This document shows positions 27,780 to 36,523 of a stretch of 36,983 nucleotides of DNA, one piece after another. Source of the stretch: an uncultured Prevotella sp. (GTDB lineage: Bacteria > Bacteroidota > Bacteroidia > Bacteroidales > Bacteroidaceae); assembly GCA_945637645.1 (NCBI GenBank), contig CALZDK010000001.1, positions 1-36,983 on the forward strand. The letters are read 5' to 3'. Positions within the stretch are counted from its first letter, which is position 1. Each line of letters opens with the position of its first letter. The notes below the pieces were generated by a model. The model was not told the origin of the DNA. It did not search any database and saw only the letters and a list, made by a program, of their open reading frames with translations. The position numbers were made by a program, and so were the translations under genes.

Positions 27780-28952
27780 ATGAGAAACAGACATATTTTT
27801 ATGGCTTTCACTCTTGTGGCTTCCATGGTGTTCAGTCCGATGAGTGCTGATGTGCAGCAGAAGAGGAAGAAAACGCAGAAAGTAGTGCTCACAGAAGAGG
27901 AGAAGGAACATATAGCACGCATGGCTGAGATGGAGATAGCCACACAGAAGGTTGTCTTCGTAGATAGTGTCGTGGTGGACAAGAACGAAATGCTTGCGGC
28001 TCTTTCGCTGCCTCCAGAAGCAGGCTCCTTGGCGGCTGCAAAACAGGTGGTGGGAGACAAGTTCAACGGAGTGGCGTTTGTTACCGAGCTTGGCGACCGC
28101 TGCATCTTCTCCGCCAAAGATGCCAATGGAGCAATGCGCTTATGGCACAGCGACAAACTCGATGGCGTTTGGGCTGAGCCGCAACCTCTTGCTTTTGGAG
28201 GCGACATGGAGTTGGGCAATATGGATTTCCCCTTCATGATGGCTGATGGGGCAACACTCTATTTTGCTGCCGAGGGAGGTGATGGCATTGGAGGCTACGA
28301 CATATATGTTACACGTTTCAATGCCGACGACAACAGCTTCTACAAACCTGAGAATATCGGTATGCCGTTCTGCTCTGAGGCAAACGACTATTTCTATGTG
28401 GTTGACGAGTATGACAACATCGGATGGTTTGCCACCGACCGTCGTCAGCCAGAGGGAAAGGTGTGCATTTACACTTTTGTACCCACCGAGACACGTGAGA
28501 CCTATTCTATAGACATGGACGAGGAAAAGCTCCGGTGTCTTTCCCAACTGCATTCCATTGCCGCAACATGGGGAAACGGAAGCGAGCGCAAGGCCGCCCT
28601 GAAGCGCATTGCCGACATGGCAGCACGTAAGGCGAGGGTAGGGGACAGCAAGGAAACGGAGATGAGTTTCGTAATAAACAACAACACTGTATATACAAGT
28701 CCGCGGCAGTTCCGTGCCGAAGGCAATGTGGGCCGCTATGGAGAGCTTCTTACTGCCCGACAGGAGTTTGAACACTGGCGCCTTGCCCTTGAGAAGTTGC
28801 GCGCCTATTATCCTAAAGCCAACGATGAGGAGCGTGCCGCCTTGAGGCAGGAGATACTCTCTGCAGAGCAACGGGCAGAGACTACAGAACTGAAAATAAA
28901 ACAATTGGAAAAGGAGATACGAAATGCAGAAAACGAAGAAATACTTCGCTGA
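27780..28952 (+). CDS. Secreted protein with PD40 (WD40-like) repeats and C-terminal coiled coil
   Basis: Signal peptide; FPFMMADGATLYFAA..GIGGYDIY and PENIGMPFCSEAND motifs; -7 element TATCTTTG at 27740-27747. Confidence 0.8.
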   Translation: MRNRHIFMAFTLVASMVFSPMSADVQQKRKKTQKVVLTEEEKEHIARMAEMEIATQKVVFVDSVVVDKNEMLAALSLPPEAGSLAAAKQVVGDKFNGVAFVTELGDRCIFSAKDANGAMRLWHSDKLDGVWAEPQPLAFGGDMELGNMDFPFMMADGATLYFAAEGGDGIGGYDIYVTRFNADDNSFYKPENIGMPFCSEANDYFYVVDEYDNIGWFATDRRQPEGKVCIYTFVPTETRETYSIDMDEEKLRCLSQLHSIAATWGNGSERKAALKRIADMAARKARVGDSKETEMSFVINNNTVYTSPRQFRAEGNVGRYGELLTARQEFEHWRLALEKLRAYYPKANDEERAALRQEILSAEQRAETTELKIKQLEKEIRNAENEEILR

Positions 28953-29805
28953 GAGCGAACTGATAATCAATGCAGATGGAAGTGCATTCCACCTCCATCT
29001 GCGTCCCGAACAACTTGCCGACAAGGTCATATTGGTTGGCGACCCGGGGAGAGTGAAACTTGTAGCATCTCATTTCGACACCGTGGAGTGCGAGGTTTCA
29101 AACCGTGAGTTCCACGCCATTACAGGCACCTATAAGGGCAAAAGAATTACAGCGCAGTCCACTGGCATCGGATGCGACAATATTGACATCGTGGTCAACG
29201 AGCTCGACGCACTTGCCAACATCGACTTCGCTACAAGAGAGGAAAAAGACAATTTCCGACAGCTGACATTTGTGCGCATAGGAACCTGCGGAGGATTACA
29301 AACCGACACACCATCAGGCACTTATATAGCTTCTGTGAAGAGCATTGGTTTCGACGGACTTCTTAATTTCTATGCACGTCGCAACGAGATTTGTGACCTT
29401 GAGCTCGAAGAAGCCTTCAAGGCTCATGTGGATTGGAATCCTCAACTCTGCGCTCCCTATGTTGTTGACAACGATGCCGACTTGTTATCCTGTGTGGCAA
29501 AGGACGACATGGTGCGTGGCATAACCATAGCCTGTGGCGGATTTTATGGTCCGCAGGGACGTGAGCTTCGTCTTCCTCTTGCCGACCCGCATCTTAACGA
29601 GAAGATAGAAACCTTTGAACATTCAGGACTCCGCATCACCAATTTCGAGATGGAGAGCAGTGCGCTTGCAGGTCTCTCACGGCTTATGGGACATCGTGCG
29701 ATGACTTGTTGCATGGTGATTGCCAACCGTCGCGCAAAGAATGTGAAACTTACATACAAAAACACCATCGACGACCTAATCCAATTGGTGCTCGACAGAA
29801 TATAA
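28924..29805 (+). CDS. Nucleoside (uridine) phosphorylase
   Basis: LVGDPGRV, STGIG, RIGTCGGLQ, FYGPQGR and NFEMES motifs. Confidence 0.92.
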   Translation: MQKTKKYFAESELIINADGSAFHLHLRPEQLADKVILVGDPGRVKLVASHFDTVECEVSNREFHAITGTYKGKRITAQSTGIGCDNIDIVVNELDALANIDFATREEKDNFRQLTFVRIGTCGGLQTDTPSGTYIASVKSIGFDGLLNFYARRNEICDLELEEAFKAHVDWNPQLCAPYVVDNDADLLSCVAKDDMVRGITIACGGFYGPQGRELRLPLADPHLNEKIETFEHSGLRITNFEMESSALAGLSRLMGHRAMTCCMVIANRRAKNVKLTYKNTIDDLIQLVLDRI

Positions 29806-29812
29806 AAAAATC

Positions 29813-31183
29813 ATGGACTTTAGCAACAACGACACCATCTGCGCCATAGCCACGGCAGCAGGTGGTGCCATTGGAATTATAAGAGTTTCGGGCTGCGATT
29901 CAATAAGAATAACCGACAGCATCTTCAGTCGAAATCTTCTTCATGCCACTGCCAACACCATCAGTTATGGCAACATCTTGGACGGCACTGGAAAGGTGGT
30001 TGACGAGGTTCTCGTCAGCGTGTTCCGAAGTCCTCACTCCTATACTGGCGAGGACTCCACGGAGATTTCGTGCCATGGTTCTGCCTACATCCTCTCTCGA
30101 GTCCTTCGTCTGCTCATCGATGCGGGATGTCGTCAGGCACAACCGGGAGAGTTTACACGAAGGGCTTTCGCCAATGGAAAGCTCGACCTAAGTCAGGCAG
30201 AGGCAGTTGCCGACCTTATAGCATCCACAAACGAGGCAACCCATCGCATTGCCATTGGACAGTTGCGTGGCAATATTTCCACAAGCCTTTCCAGTCTTCG
30301 CGACCAACTTCTCAAGATGACTTCACTCCTTGAGCTCGAACTCGATTTCAGCGACCACGAGGAGCTTGAGTTTGCCGACCGAGGCGAGTTGCGGCAGCTT
30401 GCCGTGGAGATAGACAGTCACATAGTAAGAATGATGGACTCTTTTTCCTCTGGACAGGCAATAAAACGAGGCATTCCTGTTGCCATAGTAGGCAAGACGA
30501 ATGTGGGCAAGAGCACATTGCTCAACTGTCTGATCGGGGAGGAGAGGGCAATAGTGAGCGATGTTCATGGCACCACCCGCGATGTTATCGAGGATGCCAT
30601 AGACATCAATGGTGTTACCTTCCGTTTCATAGACACTGCAGGATTGCGTGATACCACTGACGAGATAGAGCGTATTGGCATCAGTCTTGCCTATCGGAAG
30701 CTTGAGGAAGCTACAATAGTGTTATGGGTGGTGGATGAAATGCCCGTCGATGAAGATGTTAAGCGCATGATGCAACACTGCGGCAACCGCCAGCTCATTG
30801 TGGTTAACAACAAGACCGATAGGAACGACTTTGTGGAAAGTCTCTCGTCTGTTCTTGCCTCCACGCCTGTGGTAGGCATCTCTGCCCGCAGTGGGGCGAA
30901 TGTAAGCCGTCTGCGTGAAATCATCTATGAATCTGCCAACATACCTTCCATCTCCGCCAACGATGTTGTTGTTACCTCCTCCCGTCATTATGATGCACTG
31001 CGTAGGGGTCACGAAAGCATGTCGCGCACCATTGAGGGCATCGACCTTGGTCTCAGTGGCGACATTCTGAGCGAGGATCTTCGCCTCTGTCTCGATTCAA
31101 TGTCTGAAATCACAGGACGTGGTATCATCACTTCCAACGAAGTCCTCTCCAACATCTTCAGCCATTTCTGCATCGGGAAATAG
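29813..31183 (+). CDS. mnmE: tRNA modification GTPase MnmE (TrmE)
   Basis: SYTGED..EISCHG, GKTNVGKS, GTTRD, DTAG, NKTD and terminal FCIGK motifs. Confidence 0.97.
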   Translation: MDFSNNDTICAIATAAGGAIGIIRVSGCDSIRITDSIFSRNLLHATANTISYGNILDGTGKVVDEVLVSVFRSPHSYTGEDSTEISCHGSAYILSRVLRLLIDAGCRQAQPGEFTRRAFANGKLDLSQAEAVADLIASTNEATHRIAIGQLRGNISTSLSSLRDQLLKMTSLLELELDFSDHEELEFADRGELRQLAVEIDSHIVRMMDSFSSGQAIKRGIPVAIVGKTNVGKSTLLNCLIGEERAIVSDVHGTTRDVIEDAIDINGVTFRFIDTAGLRDTTDEIERIGISLAYRKLEEATIVLWVVDEMPVDEDVKRMMQHCGNRQLIVVNNKTDRNDFVESLSSVLASTPVVGISARSGANVSRLREIIYESANIPSISANDVVVTSSRHYDALRRGHESMSRTIEGIDLGLSGDILSEDLRLCLDSMSEITGRGIITSNEVLSNIFSHFCIGK

Positions 31184-31185
31184 TG

Positions 31186-31719
31186 TTACTTCTCGATACT
31201 CTGGCATTGTAGTGGTGGCGATGCAGGGTCTGGCTCCGCTGCCATTGGGTAGTCTTCTTCTTCAGGAAGGGCATATGGGCTGGGCAGTTGGTGGTCTTGT
31301 AGGTAGATGCGGTAGAGGGTTTGTACGAGGGACTCAAGGGTTTGTTGTCGGCAGTGGGGCTTTAGCTGACATTCCCATATCGTTATGCAGTGCCATCCCA
31401 TGGATGCAATTTGTCGTTGTTCCTCTATGTCGCGTTGTTTGTTGCGACGGATTTTCTTTTCCCAAAAGTCGGTGTTGGTCTTGGGCATTTTGAAGCTTTG
31501 GCAGTAGTTGTGTCCGTGCCAGAAACATCCGTTGACAAAAATAACGGTACGGTATTTTCGGAGTACTATGTCGGGATGGCCTGGGAGTCGGGGATGGTTG
31601 AGACGATAGCGGAATCCGCGGGCAAAGAGAAACTTTCGCACCATAATTTCGGGGCGTGTTCCCTTGCTTTTTATTGCTGCCATGCAGCGGTGGCGCTGCT
31701 CCTTTGTCATCTTGTCCAT
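31186..31719 (-). CDS. vsr: Very short patch repair endonuclease
   Basis: MD.MTKEQRHRCM..IKS..T.PE, LPGHPDIV, FVNGCFWHGH and IWECQL motifs. Confidence 0.93.
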   Translation of the reverse strand: MDKMTKEQRHRCMAAIKSKGTRPEIMVRKFLFARGFRYRLNHPRLPGHPDIVLRKYRTVIFVNGCFWHGHNYCQSFKMPKTNTDFWEKKIRRNKQRDIEEQRQIASMGWHCITIWECQLKPHCRQQTLESLVQTLYRIYLQDHQLPSPYALPEEEDYPMAAEPDPASPPLQCQSIEK

Positions 31720-31742
31720 CGAATGGTTTTTATTTTCGTTTG

Positions 31743-31774
31743 CAAAATTATGAATAAAAAGCCGAAATACCAAA
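31743..31774 (-). promoter_or_regulatory. Sigma-A promoter of vsr
   Basis: TTTG (31771-31774), 20-nt spacer, TAATTTTG (31743-31750). Confidence 0.7.
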
Positions 31775-31816
31775 TTATTACTCAACTTTCGCTATGTATA
31801 GGAGCTTGTTGTTAGT

Positions 31817-31876
31817 TAGTCGAGCCTTAAAAATTTCGCACATGCGCGCATGTGCGAAATTTTTAAGGCTCGACTA
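31817..31876. repeat. Perfect loopless 60-bp palindrome
   Basis: TAGTCGAGCCTTAAAAATTTCGCACATGCG|CGCATGTGCGAAATTTTTAAGGCTCGACTA, checked base by base. Confidence 0.95.
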
Positions 31877-32031
31877 CATATCAGACGTGATTAACAAGGC
31901 GGCAGCCTTGCCGCCAAACACCCCGCTGGAAAAATACAGAATGCTTCTGCCTGACAAATGGAAAGAAAACCGCTAAGTGAGCTCTTAGCGGTTTTTTGAT
32001 ATATGCAATACGCCATCGTGGAGACGCTTAC
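31872..32031 (+). mobile_element. IS66-family right-end remnant (transposase C-terminus plus terminal inverted repeat)
   Basis: DYISDVINKAAALPPNTPLEKYRMLLPDKW fits the IS66 TnpC C-terminus. Ends ...GGAGACGCTTAC at 32031 (reverse complement GTAAGCGTC, IS66-type end). Terminator hairpin AAAACCGCTAAG...CTTAGCGGTTTT at ~31966-31996. Confidence 0.8.
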
Positions 32032-32100
32032 AGGCAATTTAGCTTATAAACGACGCAGAAGAGACTATAGTCGTTGATAGGGCATAACGTCTCTTACGGC

Positions 32101-32210
32101 TCTGTCATTAGTTCGACAGCCGACTGTCAGAGTTATGACAGGCGACTGTCGTAAGGTGACAGTCGGCGAGACATAAGTTATCATTATTAATAGCATAAGT
32201 TATCATCAAT
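32101..32210. repeat. Two adjacent 22-bp-period repeat tracts
   Basis: CTGTC..GACAG palindromic units at 32102, 32124 and 32146; CATAAGTTATCAT at 32172 and 32194. Confidence 0.75.
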
Positions 32211-32261
32211 AACACATATATGATATTATCGTTTCGGAAGATTCGGAACATTTCCTCCTGG

Positions 32262-35200
32262 CTACGATTTGCCCTTCAGCTTTTCCAAATATTCACTGGG
32301 CGACATACCGAACTCTTCCTTGAACACCTTGGTGAAGTATTTTGGTGTGGAGAAACCCACACGCATGCCGAGTTCCATGACTTTGATGGCAGGGTCTTGG
32401 CTTGCTATGCGGCACGCTTCCTTAAGACGTACTGAGGTGATGAAACTTGAGATGTTCTGTCCGGTAATGGCCCGTAGCTTGTTGTAGAGTGACGAAGAGC
32501 TAATGCACATGTCACGGGCGAACGACTCGCGGTCGTATTCTCCAATGTGTGCCTTCACACATTCAATAGCCCTTTTTATGAACACCTCGTCGGGGTTGCT
32601 GTAGTGTTGTTCGGTTACGTCGAAGTCGGTTTGCCTACTGAATCTCTCCCTTATTCTCTGCCTGTTGGCAATGATGTTGTCTATGCGCACCTTCAGGTCT
32701 TCGATGTTGAAAGGTTTTATGATATACTCGTCGGCACCAATGCCGAATGCCGCGTTTCGGTCTTCGTCTCTTGTCTTTGCTGTGAGCAACACCACTGGTA
32801 GTTGACCGTAGTCGGTGGATTGCTTGATGGTTTGTGTGAGTTCAATACCATCCATCACAGGCATCATCACGTCGGTGATAACAATGTCGAGTTCCTGTTT
32901 CTGTATTATTTTCCATGCCTGTTGTCCGTTATTTGCGGTGAGCACATTGTATTTTTTCCTAAGCAGTCGCGACATCAGTTCTAGCAGTTCCTCGTTGTCT
33001 TCAACCACGAGTATTGTGTAGTCCATATTTCTTCCGTTGTCTTCCGTTTCGTCAGAACTTTCCGTAGGAAGTTGTGTTGTCATCTGTATGTTTTCCGCAA
33101 CTATTTCGTCAATGGTATTCTCCGCCATTTCTTTTTCGTCGTATGCCTCTTTGTTTATGGGCAGTTCTATTGTGAATCGTGTTCCTTCTCCCACACGGCT
33201 TTGGCAGTCTATGGTTCCATGGTGAAGCACCACGAGGTCTCTTGTAAGAGATATTCCTATGCCCGTTCCTGTGGCGTTTATTTTCCGGTAGTCGCCATCG
33301 AGGAATCTGGTGTAAAGTCGTTTGAGATTAGCTTTTGAAATACCGATACCTTCGTCTTCCACGGTGAGTCTCATGTTTTCTCCCTCCCGTTCCACTGCAA
33401 CCATGATCCGTCCGCCCTCTTTGTTGTATTTCACTGCATTTGACAGTAAGTTATAAAGTATTTTGTCGAGTTTGTCTCGGTCGAAATAAACCTTGTCGAG
33501 TGTAGGGTCGATGTTTGTTATTAGCCTGACATTCTTAGGCGTGGTCATAGGCGTGATGTTTTCACACTCCATTTTTACGAACTCTGCGAGATTGCCTTCC
33601 GCCACCTTTAGCCTAAGTTGTCCAGCTTGCTGCTTGCGCACTTCGAGCATTTGCCTGAGCAGTCGTGTGAGTCGGTTGATGTTGTTTTTCATCACCGTGT
33701 ACTTGCTGTCAAACTGCGGGGCTTCTTCCTTCATTTCGTCTATCGACGACGATATGATGGTGAGAGGAGTGAGCAGCTCGTGTGTAATGTTTGTCAGTAT
33801 GACAGCCATCTGCAGTCTGTTTCTTGTTTTAAGAAATTCCTTATACCATAATACAATAAGTCTTATGCAGATAAGTCCGAACAGGAAGTATATAAGCATA
33901 GCCCACCATGAGAGATACCATGGCGGCAGTATGATTATATCGATGGAGTAGGGCAGTTCGGTCCAATTTCCGTAGCTGTCGGCGGCTTTCACATAGAGTT
34001 TGTATTTTCCAGGAGCCAGTCCTTCGAAGTTGGCGCGACGTTGCGATATGTCGGCATAGTGCCAGTGGCTTTCGCTGTCGAGTTTGTAAGCATATTTGTT
34101 TTGCTGCACGTTACTATATGTGAGCAATGAGAACACCAACGCAAATCGTTCTACATTAGCCGGTATTGTAATCCTTTTAGTAAACAAGGGCGCTTCTTCA
34201 GAAATTTTTATTCTTTCTGTAGAGTCTATATCGTTGTATTTTTTCCCAGCCACGATTATTTCTGTAACCACGATGTTTGAAAGATTCTTTTTGCTTTCCT
34301 CTGTTACTTTTTCTGTGTCAAAAGCCACAAATCCGCTTCTTTCTCCGAAGTAGAGCATGTTCTTGTACTTGAATGTGGAGTTGGTGCAGAATGCATATCC
34401 GTTATCGTCGCCGTCTTTGGCGAAGGTGGTCACTATGGGATTAGCATTGGCGTTGCTGAACATAATGCGCACCAGCGACCTGTCTGTAGAGAGCCAGATA
34501 TTTCCATGATTGTCGTTGTTTATGGAAAACACTTTTTCTCCGTCGATGCCGTATTTCCTGTTCATGGGAATAAAGCGGTCGTTTTCCTTGTCGAGTTTCA
34601 ATAGTCCACCGCTGTTGGTTATCGCCCAGATGTTGCCATAGGTGTCCTCATGGCACATAGTTACGTCCTCCACTGGCAATCTCCTGTTATTGATGCAGTA
34701 GTGTCGGAATGTGAACTGCTTACCTCTGTTTATTTTTATTATACCCTCGTTGTCGGTGGCAACCCAAATGTTGCGCTCACTGTCTTCTATTATGCCTCTT
34801 ACGTCGCAAGTAGAGAAATCATCAGAGCCTTCCCTCATGTTGAGTTTTCTCCCTTTCCCGTTAGGCATTCTAATACTAAGATTGTTACGTTGTCCTATCC
34901 AAAGCGTTCCGTCGCTTGAGGTAAACAATGTATTGACATAGTTGTCGTTGATAAAGTCGCATTTGAAGGCATAGTGGGAGTTGTAGCTTCCGTCCTTGTT
35001 AAGTTGCATCACACCGTGCCCTCCGTTTGCCATCAAGATGTTTCCCTTTTTGTCTTCGATGATGGAGAATATTGTTGACTTTGGAAATAATGGGTCTGCG
35101 TTTTGTATTCCCCTCACTTGGTTGTCGTTTACCGTTTTTCCTGTTTCTGTGTCGTATTTTATTACTCCCGTAGGTGTGAGTCCGAGCCACAGAGTCTTTC

Positions 35201-36290
35201 CGTCGGCAGTGAATATAGACTGCACGCTCTGTTCGGGAGTGGGAAGCATGTATTGTTTGAATGGCGATTGCTTTGTGGTGAGATGCAGTATGCCGTCGCT
35301 AACGGTAGAAATCCAGATGTCACCATTTTCGCCCACTATCAAGTCGTTGCTGAGGTTTGTGCTGTTGTTTGCAATGTCTTGTAGCTTTACGAAATGGCCT
35401 TGGTCGTTGTGGTCAATGGTGTACACTCCTTCACGGCATACTGCCATCATGGTGTTGTCGAGTTTGTTTTCCTGTAAGCGGTAGTAGTAGTTGGTAAGTC
35501 CTGGCACGCTCCATCTGCTCACTTTCTTGCTTCTTGGGTTGTGGGGTTGGTCAAGTCGCTCGATGCCATGTCCCCATGTGCCTATCCATAGTCTTCCCTT
35601 GCTGTCGAAGGTGAGTGAATAGGCAGAGTTGAGATGGTTCAGCTGCGGATACCTTATGAATGTCCTTGTACCAGGTTGCAGTTTCATTAGTCCGCTATTC
35701 CATGTTCCAATGTATATGTTGCCCTGACTGTCTTCAGCAATGGCTTTCACGCTGTAAGGTGTACTGTCGGTTTTTTGTCTCTCAGGGTCGAGAAATGTCA
35801 TCTCGTCGTAGAAATAGTTTATTATCCTGTCGTTTTTCTCATCGTAAAGCGACAGTCCTCCGTCTGTGCCTATCCACACACGTCCTTCTCTGTCGGTGAA
35901 GAGTGTGTAGATGATGCGTTGGTTGTGTTTTGGCAGGTTATAGGTCTTGAATGTGTTCCATCTTTTGTCGAAACAAACGAGTCCGTTGTGTGTGCCGAGC
36001 CACAGTCGTCCTATTTTGTCTTCAGTTATGCAGAGCACAGTGTTGTTTGGCAGAAGTTGTGGCGAATATGCGTTGCTACGATATGTCTTCATTTCGTAAC
36101 CATCGTAGCATTTTAGACCACTGTCGGAGCCAATCCATAGCAGTCCTTGGCTATCGAAGAAAATGCAGCGGTAGATTTCGGCGTGAGTTGCGGGTACAGT
36201 AGAAAGCTTTCTAAACTGTTGCGTTGTGGCCTTGACCGACAATATATATATAAATAAGGTGGCGACAAATAATGTCAGTTTCTTAGTCAT
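32262..36290 (-). CDS. Hybrid two-component system (beta-propeller sensor, Y_Y_Y, HisKA/HATPase, receiver, AraC HTH)
   Basis: Repeated D..G.LWIGT blades, TM after PPWYLSWWA, THELLTPL H-box, NLLSNAVKY, TDVMMP, VGFSTPKYFTKVFKEEFG. Confidence 0.96.
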   Translation of the reverse strand: MTKKLTLFVATLFIYILSVKATTQQFRKLSTVPATHAEIYRCIFFDSQGLLWIGSDSGLKCYDGYEMKTYRSNAYSPQLLPNNTVLCITEDKIGRLWLGTHNGLVCFDKRWNTFKTYNLPKHNQRIIYTLFTDREGRVWIGTDGGLSLYDEKNDRIINYFYDEMTFLDPERQKTDSTPYSVKAIAEDSQGNIYIGTWNSGLMKLQPGTRTFIRYPQLNHLNSAYSLTFDSKGRLWIGTWGHGIERLDQPHNPRSKKVSRWSVPGLTNYYYRLQENKLDNTMMAVCREGVYTIDHNDQGHFVKLQDIANNSTNLSNDLIVGENGDIWISTVSDGILHLTTKQSPFKQYMLPTPEQSVQSIFTADGKTLWLGLTPTGVIKYDTETGKTVNDNQVRGIQNADPLFPKSTIFSIIEDKKGNILMANGGHGVMQLNKDGSYNSHYAFKCDFINDNYVNTLFTSSDGTLWIGQRNNLSIRMPNGKGRKLNMREGSDDFSTCDVRGIIEDSERNIWVATDNEGIIKINRGKQFTFRHYCINNRRLPVEDVTMCHEDTYGNIWAITNSGGLLKLDKENDRFIPMNRKYGIDGEKVFSINNDNHGNIWLSTDRSLVRIMFSNANANPIVTTFAKDGDDNGYAFCTNSTFKYKNMLYFGERSGFVAFDTEKVTEESKKNLSNIVVTEIIVAGKKYNDIDSTERIKISEEAPLFTKRITIPANVERFALVFSLLTYSNVQQNKYAYKLDSESHWHYADISQRRANFEGLAPGKYKLYVKAADSYGNWTELPYSIDIIILPPWYLSWWAMLIYFLFGLICIRLIVLWYKEFLKTRNRLQMAVILTNITHELLTPLTIISSSIDEMKEEAPQFDSKYTVMKNNINRLTRLLRQMLEVRKQQAGQLRLKVAEGNLAEFVKMECENITPMTTPKNVRLITNIDPTLDKVYFDRDKLDKILYNLLSNAVKYNKEGGRIMVAVEREGENMRLTVEDEGIGISKANLKRLYTRFLDGDYRKINATGTGIGISLTRDLVVLHHGTIDCQSRVGEGTRFTIELPINKEAYDEKEMAENTIDEIVAENIQMTTQLPTESSDETEDNGRNMDYTILVVEDNEELLELMSRLLRKKYNVLTANNGQQAWKIIQKQELDIVITDVMMPVMDGIELTQTIKQSTDYGQLPVVLLTAKTRDEDRNAAFGIGADEYIIKPFNIEDLKVRIDNIIANRQRIRERFSRQTDFDVTEQHYSNPDEVFIKRAIECVKAHIGEYDRESFARDMCISSSSLYNKLRAITGQNISSFITSVRLKEACRIASQDPAIKVMELGMRVGFSTPKYFTKVFKEEFGMSPSEYLEKLKGKS

Positions 36291-36318
36291 AGATGTAGGT
36301 TTTCTTTATTTTTGTCTG

Positions 36319-36350
36319 CAAATGTAAGGAAAATATGTAGAACCACCAAA
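36319..36350 (-). promoter_or_regulatory. Sigma-A promoter of the HTCS gene
   Basis: TTTG (36347-36350), 20-nt spacer, TACATTTG (36319-36326). Confidence 0.75.
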
Positions 36351-36368
36351 TAATTAACATAAAATATG

Positions 36369-36471
36369 ATTTTTCATACCAAAATATTGTTATTTTCACC
36401 CTGTTCTCAATTTGTACACCCTTAAATAATGAATTTTATACCCATTAGTAAACATTCTTTGCGTACTTTTG
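36369..36471 (+). promoter_or_regulatory. Candidate HTCS operator repeats and -7 element of the GH43 promoter
   Basis: ATTTTTCATACCA / ATTTTCACCC / AATTTGTACACCC / AATTTTATACCC at ~21-bp spacing; TACTTTTG at 36464-36471. Confidence 0.6.
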
Positions 36472-36523
36472 CAACCGATGAAACAAAATTAACGTAACTA
36501 CAATATTAAATATTACTAAACGT

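Noticed and set aside
31794-31976. 60-aa ORF as a real gene
   Set aside because: It is a chimera reading through the palindrome into the IS66 transposase tail.
33760-33810. HTCS H-box variant THELLTPL
   Set aside because: The phospho-acceptor His is intact and this variant is seen in other Bacteroidales HTCS proteins.
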